DNA of 63,144 nt, the filler included, from Reclinomonas americana ATCC 50394 (lineage: Eukaryota): the NCBI GenBank assembly GCA_048213135.1. It is 51 parts of 51 records of this genome, joined end to end, with 100 filler letters (N's around TTAATTAATTAA, not from the genome) between each part and the next. Parts side by side here need not be neighbours in the genome. Positions count along the whole stretch, not along the records: positions 60,782 to 61,912 come from AFZH01026364.1; positions 62,013 to 63,144 come from AFZH01026365.1; 49 more parts are not named here. One strand, 5' to 3'. The position numbers and the translations under genes are program-made. Every line of letters begins with the position of its first letter. The stretch's first letter is position 1. Positions 61,891 to 63,144 of this stretch are shown piece by piece. The notes under the pieces are model-generated. The model saw only the letters and a program-made list of their open reading frames with translations. It searched no databases and was not told where the DNA came from.

Positions 61891-63144
61891 CTCCTCGACA
61901 CGCACACAAGCANNNNNNNNNNNNNNNNNNNNNNNNNNNNNNNNNNNNNNNNNNNNTTAATTAATTAANNNNNNNNNNNNNNNNNNNNNNNNNNNNNNNN
62001 NNNNNNNNNNNNCAACAACACCATCAACAAAGTAAATTTGGCTTCGCCGACCGTCCCCACTCCTCCACCATCATCATCCGCACACGCCGCCACTTGCTGC
62101 TGCTCACAACACCACACACTTGCACGATCCCGGTGTTGGTGAAGGACTCTTCCACGGGTTCGGTACATGCTTGGTCTTTGAACAAGCAAGTCAGCAACAA
62201 AGGCGCATGTGCAGCAGCACAAACACACACACCTCGTCAAACAAGGGCGACAGCGGGTCCGACTGTTGTTGACCCTCCACAAAGTCGACAATCCTGTGCA
62301 TTTTCACACGCGCATGAGGCCCTGTGCGCTCTCCCTTGGGTGTGCACGCAAGGCGGAAACGCAACTTGCCACACACTTCGCTGTTCTTTTCGCTATTCCG
62401 CGCACTCTCAATGTCATGCACCAACTCCTACTCACACACACAGAGAGAGAGCGCGCGTGTGTGAGATGATGACGAAACGCATTATCTCGCACGCGCATGT
62501 GTGTGCGTGGAAGAGCGCGGGCAACTGACCTCATTCTCCCGGTTCTTTCTTTCCAGCTCCTGACGTATTTGGAACTGCGAGAGAGTGTGTGAGTGAGCGC
62601 GTGGTTGTTTGCATGACAGTGTCCGTATGTGCAAAGTGTGTGCGCGCGTGTGCGTGCGTGCATGTAAGAGCGCGCAAGGCATAGACACGAGAGTGTGTGT
62701 GAGAGAGCGTGTGCGTGGCAGAGAGAGAAGAGTGTGCGAGTGTGAGAGAGATGGCCGGCATGACACACGCAAAGTCATACACACACACGCGCGCGTAACA
62801 AGCACGCACGCGCACTTGCACACCAGCAGCATCACACAACACGCATCACTCTCTCACACACAACACACAACACAGAGAGAGAGTGGACACTTATGCAAAC
62901 AAGTTGCAGACATTGTGTGTATGCGCGCTACGAGACACACACCTCCATGATTGCTTATTGACACAGTAGAGACGATCGACGGAGAACACAACAAGCGCAC
63001 GGAGGAAACGAGAAAGAAAAAGAGTATGCAACAATGAATTTTTGTCAAAGACACATAACACAAAGTCCGCACAAACGAAAAGGTATGCCTCTCACTCATT
63101 GACAACAGAGTGTTGCACGCGCAAGACACTGACTCTGTGCTTTG

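Noticed and set aside
1146..62012. Regularly spaced TTAATTAATTAA palindromes resembling a repeat array
   Set aside because: Always embedded in N runs of fixed length. This is a synthetic contig linker with six-frame stops.
1..63144. Apparent mosaic of bacterial and eukaryotic genes as massive HGT or a gene cluster
   Set aside because: Each gene lies on a separate contig. The bacterial contigs lack introns and microsatellites and are most simply co-cultured bacteria.

Overview
This window is not one locus. It is about 51 unrelated contigs of roughly 1.13-1.15 kb, joined by an artificial 100-nt linker (N44-TTAATTAATTAA-N44), so adjacency across linkers means nothing. Most contigs come from an intron-rich, microsatellite-rich microbial eukaryote and carry gene fragments: KARS, TARS, PSMB5, BUB1/MAD3, H2A plus cyclophilin (two near-identical copies), UBXN11, an M1 aminopeptidase, NF1-like, CHD-like and Amt genes, surface proteins with IPT, FN3 or cadherin repeats, and a decayed non-LTR retrotransposon. 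At least four contigs are bacterial, probably alphaproteobacterial: nested IS66 elements, a chemoreceptor, a LuxR-type regulator with a Cys-rich peptide, and a GT1 glycosyltransferase. The most notable observations are: (1) an Rgt-like glycosyltransferase preceded by a perfect 19-bp RAE-type palindrome, which overlaps a divergent promoter running straight into an intrinsic terminator; (2) frequent use of an atypical shifted 5' splice site, GTTGCG(T/C), in the eukaryote; (3) bacterial-type cadherin repeats encoded as 285-nt phase-1 exons; (4) triplicated GATAAG-rich modules upstream of an ammonium transporter. All family calls come from manual motif recognition, not database searches.
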